Origin: a virus
Direction: 5' to 3' (one strand)
IMG/VR virus record: IMGVR_UViG_3300025312_000144
DNA: 39,447 bases
The translations under genes and the position numbers were made by a program. How positions within the stretch are numbered: position 1 is the stretch's first letter; each line of letters opens with the position of its first letter. Below, piece after piece: positions 1 through 7,250 of the stretch. Under the pieces are notes generated by a model. The model searched no databases. It was not told where the DNA came from and worked only from the letters and a program-made list of their open reading frames with translations.

Positions 1-99
1 GGCTAAATTCTTATTTAATAAACTTAAGTTGTTTTTATCGCCGTCTATAGCTAAAACGCGGTAGCCTAGTTTAGCCGCTATTATCGTATACCAACCTAT
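1..99. repeat. 99-bp copy of the window end (39349..39447); closure overlap of a circular or terminally redundant genome
   Basis: Read base by base: 1..99 equals 39349..39447 with no mismatch. Identity ends exactly at the window edges, and an ORF crosses the junction in frame. Confidence 0.95.
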
Positions 100-342
100 A
101 TGACAGCCTAAATCCCAGAAATAATTATTTTTATCCCCGTCCTCTAGAACTTTCTTTATTATTTCTGTTTCCGGTTTCTCCCAAGCTCCGGTATTTATTA
201 GGGTTCTGGAAACGTCGTCTTTACCGGAACAATAACCGGCGACGTTTTTATATCTTTCGTAGTTGTAGACCCACATAAAGCCTATCGAGGTTTCTATCTT
301 AAAACTATCGTGGTCAGAGTGTCCGGCTTGGCATTGGTTCAT
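1..342 (-). CDS. FkbM-family methyltransferase, N-terminal part (continues at 39348..39025 across the junction)
   Basis: ATG at 342, or an internal ATG at 276. Translation ...NYFWDLGCHIGWYTIIAAKLGYRVLAIDGD (Gly-rich SAM-binding-like motif) runs off base 1. Base 1 ends a codon and 39348 starts the next. Confidence 0.75.
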   Translation of the reverse strand, partial: MNQCQAGHSDHDSFKIETSIGFMWVYNYERYKNVAGYCSGKDDVSRTLINTGAWEKPETEIIKKVLEDGDKNNYFWDLGCHIGWYTIIAAKLGYRVLAIDGDKNNLSLLNKNLA

Positions 343-997
343 AGGCGGTTTTATCAGTTTCTTTTAATAACCTTTTATTTATCTTTTTGGCGGTAATCCA
401 AGTCCACTCCGGATAAATCAAACCGTACTGTTCTTTATCTATAGTTAGGCCGCTTTTATCTAGTAGCCAAGATATATAAGGGTACGGATAGTGGTGGCTA
501 AACGGTTCGTGTTCGTCGCCTTCTATAAACTGGAAAAGGAAAACCCCGTTTTCTGCGAGAACGCGCCCTACTTCCTTAAAATAACTCTCGACCCCTTCCT
601 TATCGATATGCTGGAAAACCGTTACCGAATAGATAAAGTCGAAATAGTTATCCTCCAACGGCAGAGTTCGGCCATCGTTGTCTATCAATTCTAAATTGGG
701 GGGTTTAGAACCGTCTGCGTTTAATAACCTAGCTGTCTCGCCGGCTATTCTTATTAGACGCTCCGATATATCTACCCCGCACCAGTAGGTATCGCGTCTA
801 TATCTAGATAGGGGAATTAACAACCTACCTATACCGCAACCTATCTCTAAGTTTTTTGTAGCGTGAATTGGCGACTCTTTAGCAATTATACTTAATTCTA
901 CTTCTAGAGATATTTCGGGGTCGTGCATTTCTAAAGCTATATTTTTAGACTTAGCTTTATCGTCCCAGTATTTCTTTTCGATATCAACTCTTTTCAT
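314..997 (-). CDS. class I SAM-dependent methyltransferase
   Basis: 227-aa ORF. Motif I LEIGCGIGRLL and a later DFIYSVTVFQHI motif. Overlaps neighbouring genes as in an operon. Confidence 0.8.
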   Translation of the reverse strand: MKRVDIEKKYWDDKAKSKNIALEMHDPEISLEVELSIIAKESPIHATKNLEIGCGIGRLLIPLSRYRRDTYWCGVDISERLIRIAGETARLLNADGSKPPNLELIDNDGRTLPLEDNYFDFIYSVTVFQHIDKEGVESYFKEVGRVLAENGVFLFQFIEGDEHEPFSHHYPYPYISWLLDKSGLTIDKEQYGLIYPEWTWITAKKINKRLLKETDKTAYEPMPSRTL

Positions 998-1730
998 AGA
1001 ATAGGTGTACCTCGTGCTGGTAATCTAACAAGGTTTCTTTATACCCAAACGCTTTAATCCAGTTCCTTAAATCAGTTAGGTATTCTTTATATTGGTGAAA
1101 CATAAATTCGGGGTGGCCGCTTAACCATATTTTTGGTCTATGCTTTTTTATAGTATCACCTGCCCCTTCCAAAACTCGCCACTCGCTACCCTCAACGTCC
1201 AGTATTATTGCTGTAGGATAAGGTATAGTTTCCGCTATCTTATCTATCTTAAACTGCGGCAATCCGTCAGCTTCTTGATATAACTCACTAAACCCGTGGG
1301 CTTTCTCAATCTTTCCTCTAGCATAAATAGGCCACCCGTCTTTATCAGTTACCCAACCCAAACCCTTAAATATATTTTTATCTGGTTTCTTTGGCATTGG
1401 CCTATGTAGATTGCTAGCGAAACCAGCAAAACAACCTAAAGGTTTCTTTAATTTATTAGCTTCCCAAACCGCTTTAATAACCGGCCAAGCCTTGTAGTTT
1501 GGTTCGAATAAAACCACGTGCGCCCCCCACATTTGGCACAACGCCGGCATTTCGCCTAGCTCCGCACCGACATAATAAACTATATCTAGCTTACCGATAT
1601 TCTCGTGCATAGACTCAAGGCGTTTCTTTTCCCAACCCTGCTTGGTGTACCATTCCGGTCTTGCCGCCCTATGTTCGGGAAGTTTTATCTTAAACTTACC
1701 GTTTATTAACGTGTCAACCATTTTTACCAT
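984..1730 (-). CDS. FkbM-family methyltransferase
   Basis: 248-aa ORF with VYYVGAELGEMP...VVLFEPN and AIILDVEGSEWRVLEG, the D-x-EG-x-E signature of the FkbM family. Confidence 0.7.
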   Translation of the reverse strand: MVKMVDTLINGKFKIKLPEHRAARPEWYTKQGWEKKRLESMHENIGKLDIVYYVGAELGEMPALCQMWGAHVVLFEPNYKAWPVIKAVWEANKLKKPLGCFAGFASNLHRPMPKKPDKNIFKGLGWVTDKDGWPIYARGKIEKAHGFSELYQEADGLPQFKIDKIAETIPYPTAIILDVEGSEWRVLEGAGDTIKKHRPKIWLSGHPEFMFHQYKEYLTDLRNWIKAFGYKETLLDYQHEVHLFYEKS

Positions 1731-1733
1731 ATT

Positions 1734-1910
1734 CTACTTTTCACCTTTAGGTATCATAAATCTTTCTATAAAGTCAGAGGACATCCCTATGTGATAACTA
1801 TTGGCTACAACTTGAGTAACTATATTAAATACCAGTTGACGAGTAATTAAACCTTTTTCGTAAAGTAATAAAAGACCTTTAACTAAATCCTCAAACCCTA
1901 ATTCTTTCAT
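1734..1910 (-). CDS. hypothetical small protein (58 aa)
   Basis: Hand-translated MKELGFEDLVKGLLLLYEKG...PKGEK. ATGA overlap with the upstream stop. Its 3' end carries the SD AAAGGTGA for the next gene. Confidence 0.6.
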   Translation of the reverse strand: MKELGFEDLVKGLLLLYEKGLITRQLVFNIVTQVVANSYHIGMSSDFIERFMIPKGEK

Positions 1911-2836
1911 TTATTTATAACCTCCAATATTTTAGCCCACCTTTGTAAATAAGTGTGGTCTCTTTTAGTGCGCTCGTGGCCGGCTATTCTTATTCTTTCG
2001 CGCTCCTCGTCGTGGGTTAGAAAATAATCTATAGACTGCTTTAAGTCATCGAAGTTACCGAAAGTATAAGTAATTAGTTCTTTTTCTAAATCGAAGTAGT
2101 CCTCGATACCTTTTATATAAGGAAAGATAATAAATCCGCCCCTGCCGGTCGTCTCGAATAGTCTATCGGAGAAGTAATAAGGATAATTAAAATTAGGTGA
2201 AAGAGTATCGCCGATAACTATTTTCGTAGAGGCGTAAAGAATGTTCAACTCCCTGCCACGAATAACACCCTTACCATCCCCGCCCCAATGCTCGAACTTA
2301 TCTTTATAAGTTTCTTTTAGCCAGTCTATCAGTTTTGGCCGCCAAGCCCACTCCTCGTGATAACCCCGACTACCTACAAATACAACATCTTTAATAGGGC
2401 TAAAGCCTTCGTATATATAACACTCTTTATCGTAAACTCCGGCCGGCATAAAATATCCTTTTACTTTGGTGTTTTTATTTAGCCAGTCTGCCATTTGAGG
2501 GTCGACCGTAAAGAAATAGTCCAAATCAAAAAGCTCGCTATCTTTGTATTCGTCCCACCTTTTAATACCCATATATAGGTCTAAGTGGTAAGTCAGAGTA
2601 GGTATTTTTCGCCTCTTTAGTTCCCTGATAGCTTCTCTAAGCATATCCGTATGCCACCCGTGGGTATGTACCCAAATAAAAAGGTCGGAACGCTTAGCGC
2701 TATCAACTACCTGCTCCGCACTAGCGCGCTGTTCCGGTAATTTAATTACTTCGTGTCCTAGAGACTCTAAAGATAAAGCGTGGTGGTTCTCGCTACTAAA
2801 AGGCACATCAAAGTTTCCTAAGAAAGTAATTTTCAT
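1907..2836 (-). CDS. glycosyltransferase, CgeB-like (GT-B C-terminal domain)
   Basis: 309 aa. C-terminal FETTGRGGFIIFP...DDLKQSIDYFLTHDEERERIRIAGHERTKRDHTY resembles CgeB / Glyco_trans_1_2 type enzymes. Confidence 0.65.
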   Translation of the reverse strand: MKITFLGNFDVPFSSENHHALSLESLGHEVIKLPEQRASAEQVVDSAKRSDLFIWVHTHGWHTDMLREAIRELKRRKIPTLTYHLDLYMGIKRWDEYKDSELFDLDYFFTVDPQMADWLNKNTKVKGYFMPAGVYDKECYIYEGFSPIKDVVFVGSRGYHEEWAWRPKLIDWLKETYKDKFEHWGGDGKGVIRGRELNILYASTKIVIGDTLSPNFNYPYYFSDRLFETTGRGGFIIFPYIKGIEDYFDLEKELITYTFGNFDDLKQSIDYFLTHDEERERIRIAGHERTKRDHTYLQRWAKILEVINK

Positions 2837-3024
2837 TTAATCTTCTTAATTTTAATACTGCTTTTTTTATCTTTCTGTTCGGCTTTTTGTGCAGTTCTAA
2901 AAGCCGCTACTTTTTTCCAGTAGTTTTCTATCCTCGGCTGTATTTTATCTTTGGTATGGTTACGCATCCGGTGTTTTGACTTCCTAGCGCAACTACAAAC
3001 CAAAAACTCGACATTAGGTTTCAT
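2833..3024 (-). CDS. hypothetical small basic protein
   Basis: 63-aa Lys/Arg-rich ORF with ATGA overlaps on both sides. Confidence 0.55.
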   Translation of the reverse strand: MKPNVEFLVCSCARKSKHRMRNHTKDKIQPRIENYWKKVAAFRTAQKAEQKDKKSSIKIKKIK

Positions 3025-3194
3025 TTTCTATCTTCTCTAGTTAGTATTTTAGCTTCCGATTGTTGACCTAGAACGCTAAAAGTATCGCAAAATACTTCTA
3101 ATAGCTTCTCGAACTTATCAATCGTATAATCGTTAGTAGTAACTGTATCTAACTCTATTAGCCATCTAACTATCCGGTGTTTATTTTTCGCCAT
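3021..3194 (-). CDS. hypothetical protein (57 aa)
   Basis: Hand-translated MAKNKHRIVRWLIELDTVTTNDY...TREDRK with no internal stop. Its TGA overlaps the next ATG. Confidence 0.55.
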   Translation of the reverse strand: MAKNKHRIVRWLIELDTVTTNDYTIDKFEKLLEVFCDTFSVLGQQSEAKILTREDRK

Positions 3195-3205
3195 ATTTTA
3201 TCACC

Positions 3206-3649
3206 TCAATCCCATATTAACTCGCTCCAAGTTTCAATCTCTTTTAGTGGTATCGGTATTAAGCTAGTTTTTTTATTATTACCGGAAATTTGATACTCGC
3301 CTTTTTTATACATATTAGCAAGCTGTTTAAGAAATCTAATCTCGATAACAAAAAACTTATCCCAGGCGTTAATTACCCAATAATCCGCAGTCGTAGTGGT
3401 AATTCCGCTTTCCTTATTATTATCTGATACTTCCAATGCAAAATGCGTCCTGCCGAAATTACCGTATTTTACTTCAAACGAGAGTCCTACTTTCGGCGCA
3501 GTTATATCCTTACCCTTATACCCCTCTAGTCTATACGCTGTCGGGTCGAGGTATTTTTTTATCCTGTCTAGGACTGCAACTTCTGTCGGTAATCCTACTT
3601 GGTTATAATCGGTTTGGAAATCCGACTTTCTACCTTCGAGGATTTTCAT
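3206..3649 (-). CDS. hypothetical protein, possible PD-(D/E)XK-type nuclease
   Basis: 147 aa. The segment DITAPKVGLSFEVKY gives a D...E-x-K arrangement. The functional call is weak. Confidence 0.5.
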   Translation of the reverse strand: MKILEGRKSDFQTDYNQVGLPTEVAVLDRIKKYLDPTAYRLEGYKGKDITAPKVGLSFEVKYGNFGRTHFALEVSDNNKESGITTTTADYWVINAWDKFFVIEIRFLKQLANMYKKGEYQISGNNKKTSLIPIPLKEIETWSELIWD

Positions 3650-3706
3650 TTTAGTAATCTCTTGGTCTTATAAACTATCGTCCAGAATATACGAGCTATA
3701 AATCTT

Positions 3707-3901
3707 TTAGTTTTCATTTTTTCCTAAAACCTCTTTTAAGACTAAAATCGCCGACTCTCTATATATTTCGATTATCGCCTGCTTAAAGTTATCAGGTAGA
3801 CTCGATAAGTTAATACCGTGCTTAATTAAAACTTCTGATACTATTAGTGCGCTTTTGTCTGAGAACTTATCTAGATATTCTTTTGTTTCGGTTTCGTTCA
3901 T
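3707..3901 (-). CDS. hypothetical protein (64 aa)
   Basis: The ATG at 3901 is preceded by GGAGGTGGGATT and overlaps the upstream stop (ATGA). The longer track ORF start at 3961 is unlikely. Confidence 0.6.
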   Translation of the reverse strand: MNETETKEYLDKFSDKSALIVSEVLIKHGINLSSLPDNFKQAIIEIYRESAILVLKEVLGKNEN

Positions 3902-4419
3902 AATCCCACCTCCTTTAAGTAGCACATACAGGTTTCTAGAGGGTCGACTTCTATTTTCCACTTACCGCATTCTGCGTGCCGGTAGAACTGCGGATAATCC
4001 TTTTTAACCTTAAACCCGACGTTCTGCTCGTGTTCTTTTACTTCTATCATAAGGTCGCTCTGGCTTAAACTTTTAGCTTTAGAAATCCAATTTTCCTTAT
4101 TAGTCGGGCTAATCTTATCCTTTATTATCATTAGACGCTCGTAGGATATATCGACTAGGTCTTTAGGGTCGAAGCCTAGTTTAAGACAGTAAAGCTCGTA
4201 TAAGTGTATAAATTTATAGTGAGTGGTCGGACTTAGTCCTAACTCCGGCGCGGCTAGAAAGCTATTAAAACTCTCGTGTCCTAGCTTCTCCCAATATCCC
4301 TTTTCTCTATTCTCCCAAAGTAACTGCCCTAAAAATAACCACCTCTGCGATATATCTTTAACTAGGATTATTATTTTTTCAAAGTTCTTATGCGCTTGTT
4401 GGACAGTTAAATCACTCAT
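3898..4419 (-). CDS. hypothetical protein (173 aa), possibly DNA-binding
   Basis: Long ORF in the early block. Helical N-terminal half and a Cys-rich C-terminus (HAECGKW...CMC). No confident family assignment. Confidence 0.7.
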   Translation of the reverse strand: MSDLTVQQAHKNFEKIIILVKDISQRWLFLGQLLWENREKGYWEKLGHESFNSFLAAPELGLSPTTHYKFIHLYELYCLKLGFDPKDLVDISYERLMIIKDKISPTNKENWISKAKSLSQSDLMIEVKEHEQNVGFKVKKDYPQFYRHAECGKWKIEVDPLETCMCYLKEVGL

Positions 4420-4568
4420 TAGTCTAACTCCAACTTCGTCTTTTCTATTATTTCGTGCATCCGCTTTTTATAATAGTTCTCGAAGTCTATTATCTGATAA
4501 GCCTTGCGTTCCCAAATCCTGTAAATAACGGCTCTTAAGGTTTGGCTAGGAGTCTTTTCCTTGTTCAC
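4419..4568 (-). CDS. hypothetical protein (49 aa, GTG start)
   Basis: GTG at 4568 lies 5 nt after AAGGAG. Hand-translated NKEKTPSQTLRAVIYRIWERKAY...LELD. Its TAA overlaps the next ATG. Confidence 0.55.
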   Translation of the reverse strand: MNKEKTPSQTLRAVIYRIWERKAYQIIDFENYYKKRMHEIIEKTKLELD

Positions 4569-4726
4569 TTTATCTCCTTCCAAGTATTGCTATCAGGGTC
4601 GAAGTATTTTCCTTCTGCTGTGTCAATAAGATGACCCCTAAAATCTCTGACATTTATCAAGTCTTTACTGGTAACTTCGTCTCTGCCTTCCCACTCGTCA
4701 TAAAGAAATATAATAAATCTTTTCAT
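4565..4726 (-). CDS. hypothetical protein (53 aa)
   Basis: ATGA overlap with the upstream stop at 4723. Hand-translated MKRFIIFLYDEWEGRDEV...TWKEIK. Confidence 0.55.
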   Translation of the reverse strand: MKRFIIFLYDEWEGRDEVTSKDLINVRDFRGHLIDTAEGKYFDPDSNTWKEIK

Positions 4727-5217
4727 TTTGGCTCAAAGTATTTTTGGCAGTATTTATATTCGGCTATAGCGGCCGGAGTTCTTTCGGCCATCGCCTCGTT
4801 ATCACCCGCCCACCTAACCGAATACTCGTTATCCTTAGTATACTTACCGGATTTCTTAGTAACGATAATATCCTTTTCCTTAAACTCCGCTTCGCTTTTA
4901 ATAAGCTCCGAGAGCGGGTGTCCTAGTCTCGGCCCAGACTCTAGCACTCTAAACTCCTTAGCCTTATGGCTATAGATAACAAACCCCCAACAGCGCTTGG
5001 GTGTCGGGATATTACCGTTTTTATCCGGTCTGGTAAACATTGGCTCGACCGGTGCGTCTGGGTTAAAGATTATTTGCGATATATACCTTCCGGCGGCCTT
5101 AGTCCCCCACTTCTTATACTCGTAGATACCGTCTAATACTCTAATTCTATTCTCGCCCTCGTCCCAACTCATAAATAGGCTAGGCTTAATATACTCGCTA
5201 GGATTAACTTTTTTCAT
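4723..5217 (-). CDS. hypothetical protein; possible ssDNA-binding or annealing partner of the adjacent exonuclease
   Basis: 164-aa ORF overlapping the exonuclease gene end. The function is inferred from position only. Confidence 0.45.
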   Translation of the reverse strand: MKKVNPSEYIKPSLFMSWDEGENRIRVLDGIYEYKKWGTKAAGRYISQIIFNPDAPVEPMFTRPDKNGNIPTPKRCWGFVIYSHKAKEFRVLESGPRLGHPLSELIKSEAEFKEKDIIVTKKSGKYTKDNEYSVRWAGDNEAMAERTPAAIAEYKYCQKYFEPK

Positions 5218-6013
5218 TTTCGACCTCCTCTAGTAGCTTTAGAGTCTCCGGAAATACCGCTATCTCTTTCGGCTCGTCTATCTTGCCTCCGTGTAGAGTA
5301 AGATAAGTTTTATAGATATTAGTAAAGTCCTCTATAGAGTAATCGGTTACTTCTTTAAGCTCCCAATTCTTGCCGGTAAAAGGTAACTCTTTAGTTTCTT
5401 TTCCGTTCCCTTTATGTAGGCTACCTACTCTAAGAACCCCTACCTTATCTATCTTAGTCCCGATGCTTTCCTCGTAGGCTTGTTTGTAGGCCAGAACTTG
5501 TAGCTGGTGTGAGAAGTGAATTGCGTTACTGGTTTTCCAGTCTATTAACCAAGTCTCCTTACCTATTTTTCCTACGAAATCTAGAGTACCCGCGTATTTA
5601 TACTTCTTGGAGGCTACGATTTGCTCTGATTGATAGTCTTTAGGCTTCCACTTACCGAACCAGTCTATAAAAGCTAGTAAAGCTACCTTTTCTTTAATAG
5701 TAGGGTAGTCTGTAAGAAGATTTAACTCTAGCCCGTTTAATAGCTTTTCTAAAGCGTCGTGGATTTTAGAACCGAAGTCTCCGGCGGTTTCGAATATCCG
5801 ATTAGCTTCTTCTTCGGTATTAGTTTGCCAGAACTTCTTTAGTCCGTAGGGAGTAGGCGCGGCTTCGGCTAAGATTGAGGTGGTCGCCGGTACATATTCG
5901 CCGTCTAACCAGTAGAAGTGGTCGGTGTCGGTTTCTAGTCTAACTAGCTCACCGACTTTTAGTTGAAAGACTTTACCGTTAGCTTTGATGAAATCTAGCT
6001 TTTCTTTTTCCAT
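5204..6013 (-). CDS. PD-(D/E)XK (RecB/Cas4-like) exonuclease
   Basis: 269 aa. GTLDFVGKI...WLIDWKTS...QLQVLAYKQAY matches the D...(D/E)xK...QxxxY core. GGAGG lies 6 nt upstream of the ATG. Confidence 0.7.
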   Translation of the reverse strand: MEKEKLDFIKANGKVFQLKVGELVRLETDTDHFYWLDGEYVPATTSILAEAAPTPYGLKKFWQTNTEEEANRIFETAGDFGSKIHDALEKLLNGLELNLLTDYPTIKEKVALLAFIDWFGKWKPKDYQSEQIVASKKYKYAGTLDFVGKIGKETWLIDWKTSNAIHFSHQLQVLAYKQAYEESIGTKIDKVGVLRVGSLHKGNGKETKELPFTGKNWELKEVTDYSIEDFTNIYKTYLTLHGGKIDEPKEIAVFPETLKLLEEVENEKS

Positions 6014-6114
6014 AAAGCCTCCGGTTTCAAGTTAGACCAATACTTATAAGGAACGGTTCGAGGTTGGTTCGCTAGAATTTCCTTATTTCTAGCTTTTTGC
6101 CGTTTAGTTAACAT
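5995..6114 (-). CDS. possible small basic protein (39 aa)
   Basis: Hand-translated MLTKRQKARNKEILANQPRTVPYKYWSNLKPEALWKKKS. Weak SD (AAAGGA). Overlaps the exonuclease start. Confidence 0.35.
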   Translation of the reverse strand: MLTKRQKARNKEILANQPRTVPYKYWSNLKPEALWKKKS

Positions 6115-6151
6115 AAAATCCTTTCTCTTTTGCATCGCTTCTAATATCGGT

Positions 6152-6350
6152 AGTCTCGAACTGGTACACCGGCTTTACGGTAGACGACGGGCGGGATTTC
6201 TAGGTCTGGGGTTTCGCCTTCCGACCTTCGGTTTACACCTCTTGCTGTCCAGTTACTTGCCAGCTTTCAAACCGCCACGGACTCCTCTGGTTCGAGACTC
6301 CGAAACAGCCCCCCGTAAAAGCGGTTAGCTTAAACCGGACGCAGTTTCGG
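6152..6350 (-). ncRNA. G+C-rich structured RNA candidate (unclassified)
   Basis: Non-coding stretch; 34 of 60 bases are G+C by hand count over 6181..6240. On the minus-strand RNA, helix CCGAAAC(6350..6344)/GTTTCGG(6306..6300) abuts a 10-bp long-range helix AGTCTCGAAC(6299..6290)/GTTCGAGACT(6161..6152). That helix encloses hairpins CGGTTT/AAACCG, AGGTC/GACCT and ACCG/CGGT. Confidence 0.45.
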
Positions 6351-6388
6351 AAATATATTGTTAAGGTGGTTATCTCTCTCCTAACTCC

Positions 6389-6568
6389 CTAGTGGTAGGC
6401 GAAGCGACTATTGCTAATCAACTCCGGCCAAATATCTCTAATCTTTCTAACCGCTACTTGCTCGGCCGCTCCGTAGTTGCGTTTCTCGTAAAGTCTGTTA
6501 ATGACCTCTCTATCCTCCGGAGACGCAACGTCTAGAAATAAGCCTTCTAACATTGACCCCTTTCTCAT
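6389..6568 (-). CDS. hypothetical protein (59 aa)
   Basis: The ATG at 6568 is preceded by GAGGTGAAAGGAAAA. The track ORF starts further upstream at a TTG (6607). Confidence 0.6.
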   Translation of the reverse strand: MRKGSMLEGLFLDVASPEDREVINRLYEKRNYGAAEQVAVRKIRDIWPELISNSRFAYH

Positions 6569-6610
6569 TTTTCCTTTCACCTCACTTTCTACCAAGAATT
6601 GTACCAAGTC

Positions 6611-6805
6611 CTAAACCCTTTGTAAACCCCCCAATTTAGGTTCAATCCTGTTCTTTTGCTTCCGGTAACGCTTATAAATAGCGTACGCGCTAACTCTAAA
6701 TTGGGGCATTTTTGAAATCTCCCTAAAACTATAACCCTCGGCGTCGTGTAAAATTACAATAAGATTTCGTTGCCTTTCGTACCTTCTACTCTTTGCTTCT
6801 ATCAT
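6611..6805 (-). CDS. small helix-turn-helix DNA-binding protein (sigma-70 region-4 / LuxR-like HTH)
   Basis: LHDAEGYSFREISKMPQFRVSAYAIYKRYRKQ fits an HTH. There is no SD, and the ATG at 6805 lies 8 nt after a TATAAT, so the mRNA is possibly leaderless. Confidence 0.6.
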   Translation of the reverse strand: MIEAKSRRYERQRNLIVILHDAEGYSFREISKMPQFRVSAYAIYKRYRKQKNRIEPKLGGLQRV

Positions 6806-6812
6806 CAACTGT

Positions 6813-6841
6813 ATTATATACCCCTTGTCTACCCTAAGCGA
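6813..6841 (-). promoter_or_regulatory. candidate promoter of the HTH gene (possibly leaderless transcript)
   Basis: Minus strand TATAAT at 6818..6813. Weak -35 (TCGCTT), but an upstream A/T tract AAAAAATTTCGAAAAAC is present. The predicted start coincides with the ATG at 6805. Confidence 0.35.
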
Positions 6842-6919
6842 GTTTTTCGAAATTTTTTCGTTTTTGTTTTCTTTTTAAGAATAAAAAAAGGTTAATACTG
6901 TTCTTACAGGTTTTCTTTA

Positions 6920-6932
6920 TTTCCTACCGCTT
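6920..6932. repeat. 13-nt direct repeat TTTCCTACCGCTT, copy 1
   Basis: Identical 13-mer at 6920..6932 and 7073..7085. Both are followed by (A)GAA, and they bracket the plus-strand promoter. Confidence 0.8.
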
Positions 6933-6974
6933 AGAAGGTCTTGAAAGGGGTTGAGTGTTAGAGAAGGGGAAAAC

Positions 6975-7004
6975 TTGACAAACGCCGGTTTTTTCAATTA
7001 TACT
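6975..7004 (+). promoter_or_regulatory. sigma-70-type promoter facing the plus strand
   Basis: TTGACA (6975..6980), an 18-nt spacer, then TATACT (6999..7004). The decamer TTGACAAACG and the spacing are shared with the minus-strand promoter candidate at 30061..30032. Confidence 0.45.
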
Positions 7005-7072
7005 AATAGTATATCTACCTTTTTTAATGAGCTAAAAAGGGATTAGAAAGTTTATTTTTGTTGCAACAATTT

Positions 7073-7085
7073 TTTCCTACCGCTT
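7073..7085. repeat. 13-nt direct repeat TTTCCTACCGCTT, copy 2
   Basis: See copy 1. This copy abuts the terminator hairpin. Confidence 0.8.
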
Positions 7086-7116
7086 GAAACCATCTTAACG
7101 GGTGGTTTCCTTTTTG
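7086..7116 (+). terminator. intrinsic terminator-like hairpin
   Basis: GAAACCA (7086..7092) pairs with TGGTTTC (7103..7109), followed by CTTTTT. Confidence 0.4.
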
Positions 7117-7153
7117 TCTAGTCAGATTATTTAGTATCTCAATAACGAAAAAT

Positions 7154-7169
7154 ATACTATATATAGTAT
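7154..7169. repeat. 16-bp perfect palindrome ATACTATATATAGTAT (possible operator)
   Basis: The sequence equals its own reverse complement. It lies between the structured terminator and the control region. Confidence 0.7.
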
Positions 7170-7178
7170 TAAAAGAAG

Positions 7179-7240
7179 GGGTGAAGGCTAGCATTAAGCT
7201 AGACGAAACCCGCCCCGAAGTTTCGTTGTTACCTTCACCC
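7179..7240 (-). terminator. three-way-junction RNA structure followed by a U-rich tail (terminator-like)
   Basis: On the minus RNA, GGGTGAAGG(7240..7232)/CCTTCACCC(7187..7179) encloses hairpins ACGAAAC/GTTTCGT and CTAGC/GCTAG. It is followed by CTTCTTTT. Confidence 0.45.
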
Positions 7241-7250
7241 AGTAGTTGTC

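Larger units (their letters stand above)
7011..7116 (+). ncRNA. candidate ~105-nt plus-strand small RNA
   Basis: Runs from the predicted start after the 6975 promoter to the hairpin plus T-run at 7086..7116. The only ORF is ATG-AGC-TAA. Contains the 12-nt palindrome TTGTTGCAACAA (7058..7069). Confidence 0.3.

Noticed and set aside
1-99. The 99-bp terminal repeat as biological direct terminal repeats of the virion DNA
   Set aside because: The repeat lies in the middle of a coding sequence and ends exactly at the contig edges with an assembler-like length, so an assembly overlap of a circular contig is more likely. It cannot be excluded without read data.
491-694. Plus-strand ORFs from the track lying inside minus-strand genes: 491..694, 3396..3608, 3436..3654, 4223..4528, 4631..4975, 4744..4926, 10320..10523, 12820..13059, 15736..15963, 18231..18458, 21115..21954 set, 26020..26220, 26808..27041, 27666..28029, 29565..29780, 34524..34736, 35277..35651, 36227..36418, 38754..38975
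   Set aside because: Each is antisense to a longer minus-strand ORF with recognisable motifs. They lack SD sequences and have low-complexity Ser/Leu/Phe-rich translations typical of shadow ORFs.
6152-6320. Resemblance of GGGGGGCUGUUUCGGAGUCUCGAAC to a tmRNA 5' end, and of GUUCGAGACUAC to the group I intron R element
   Set aside because: No 3' acceptor complement (CAGCCCC) and no T-arm were found, so tmRNA is unsupported. No P7 partner (GUAGUC) lies downstream and no split host gene is present, so an intron is unsupported. The similarities are probably fortuitous.
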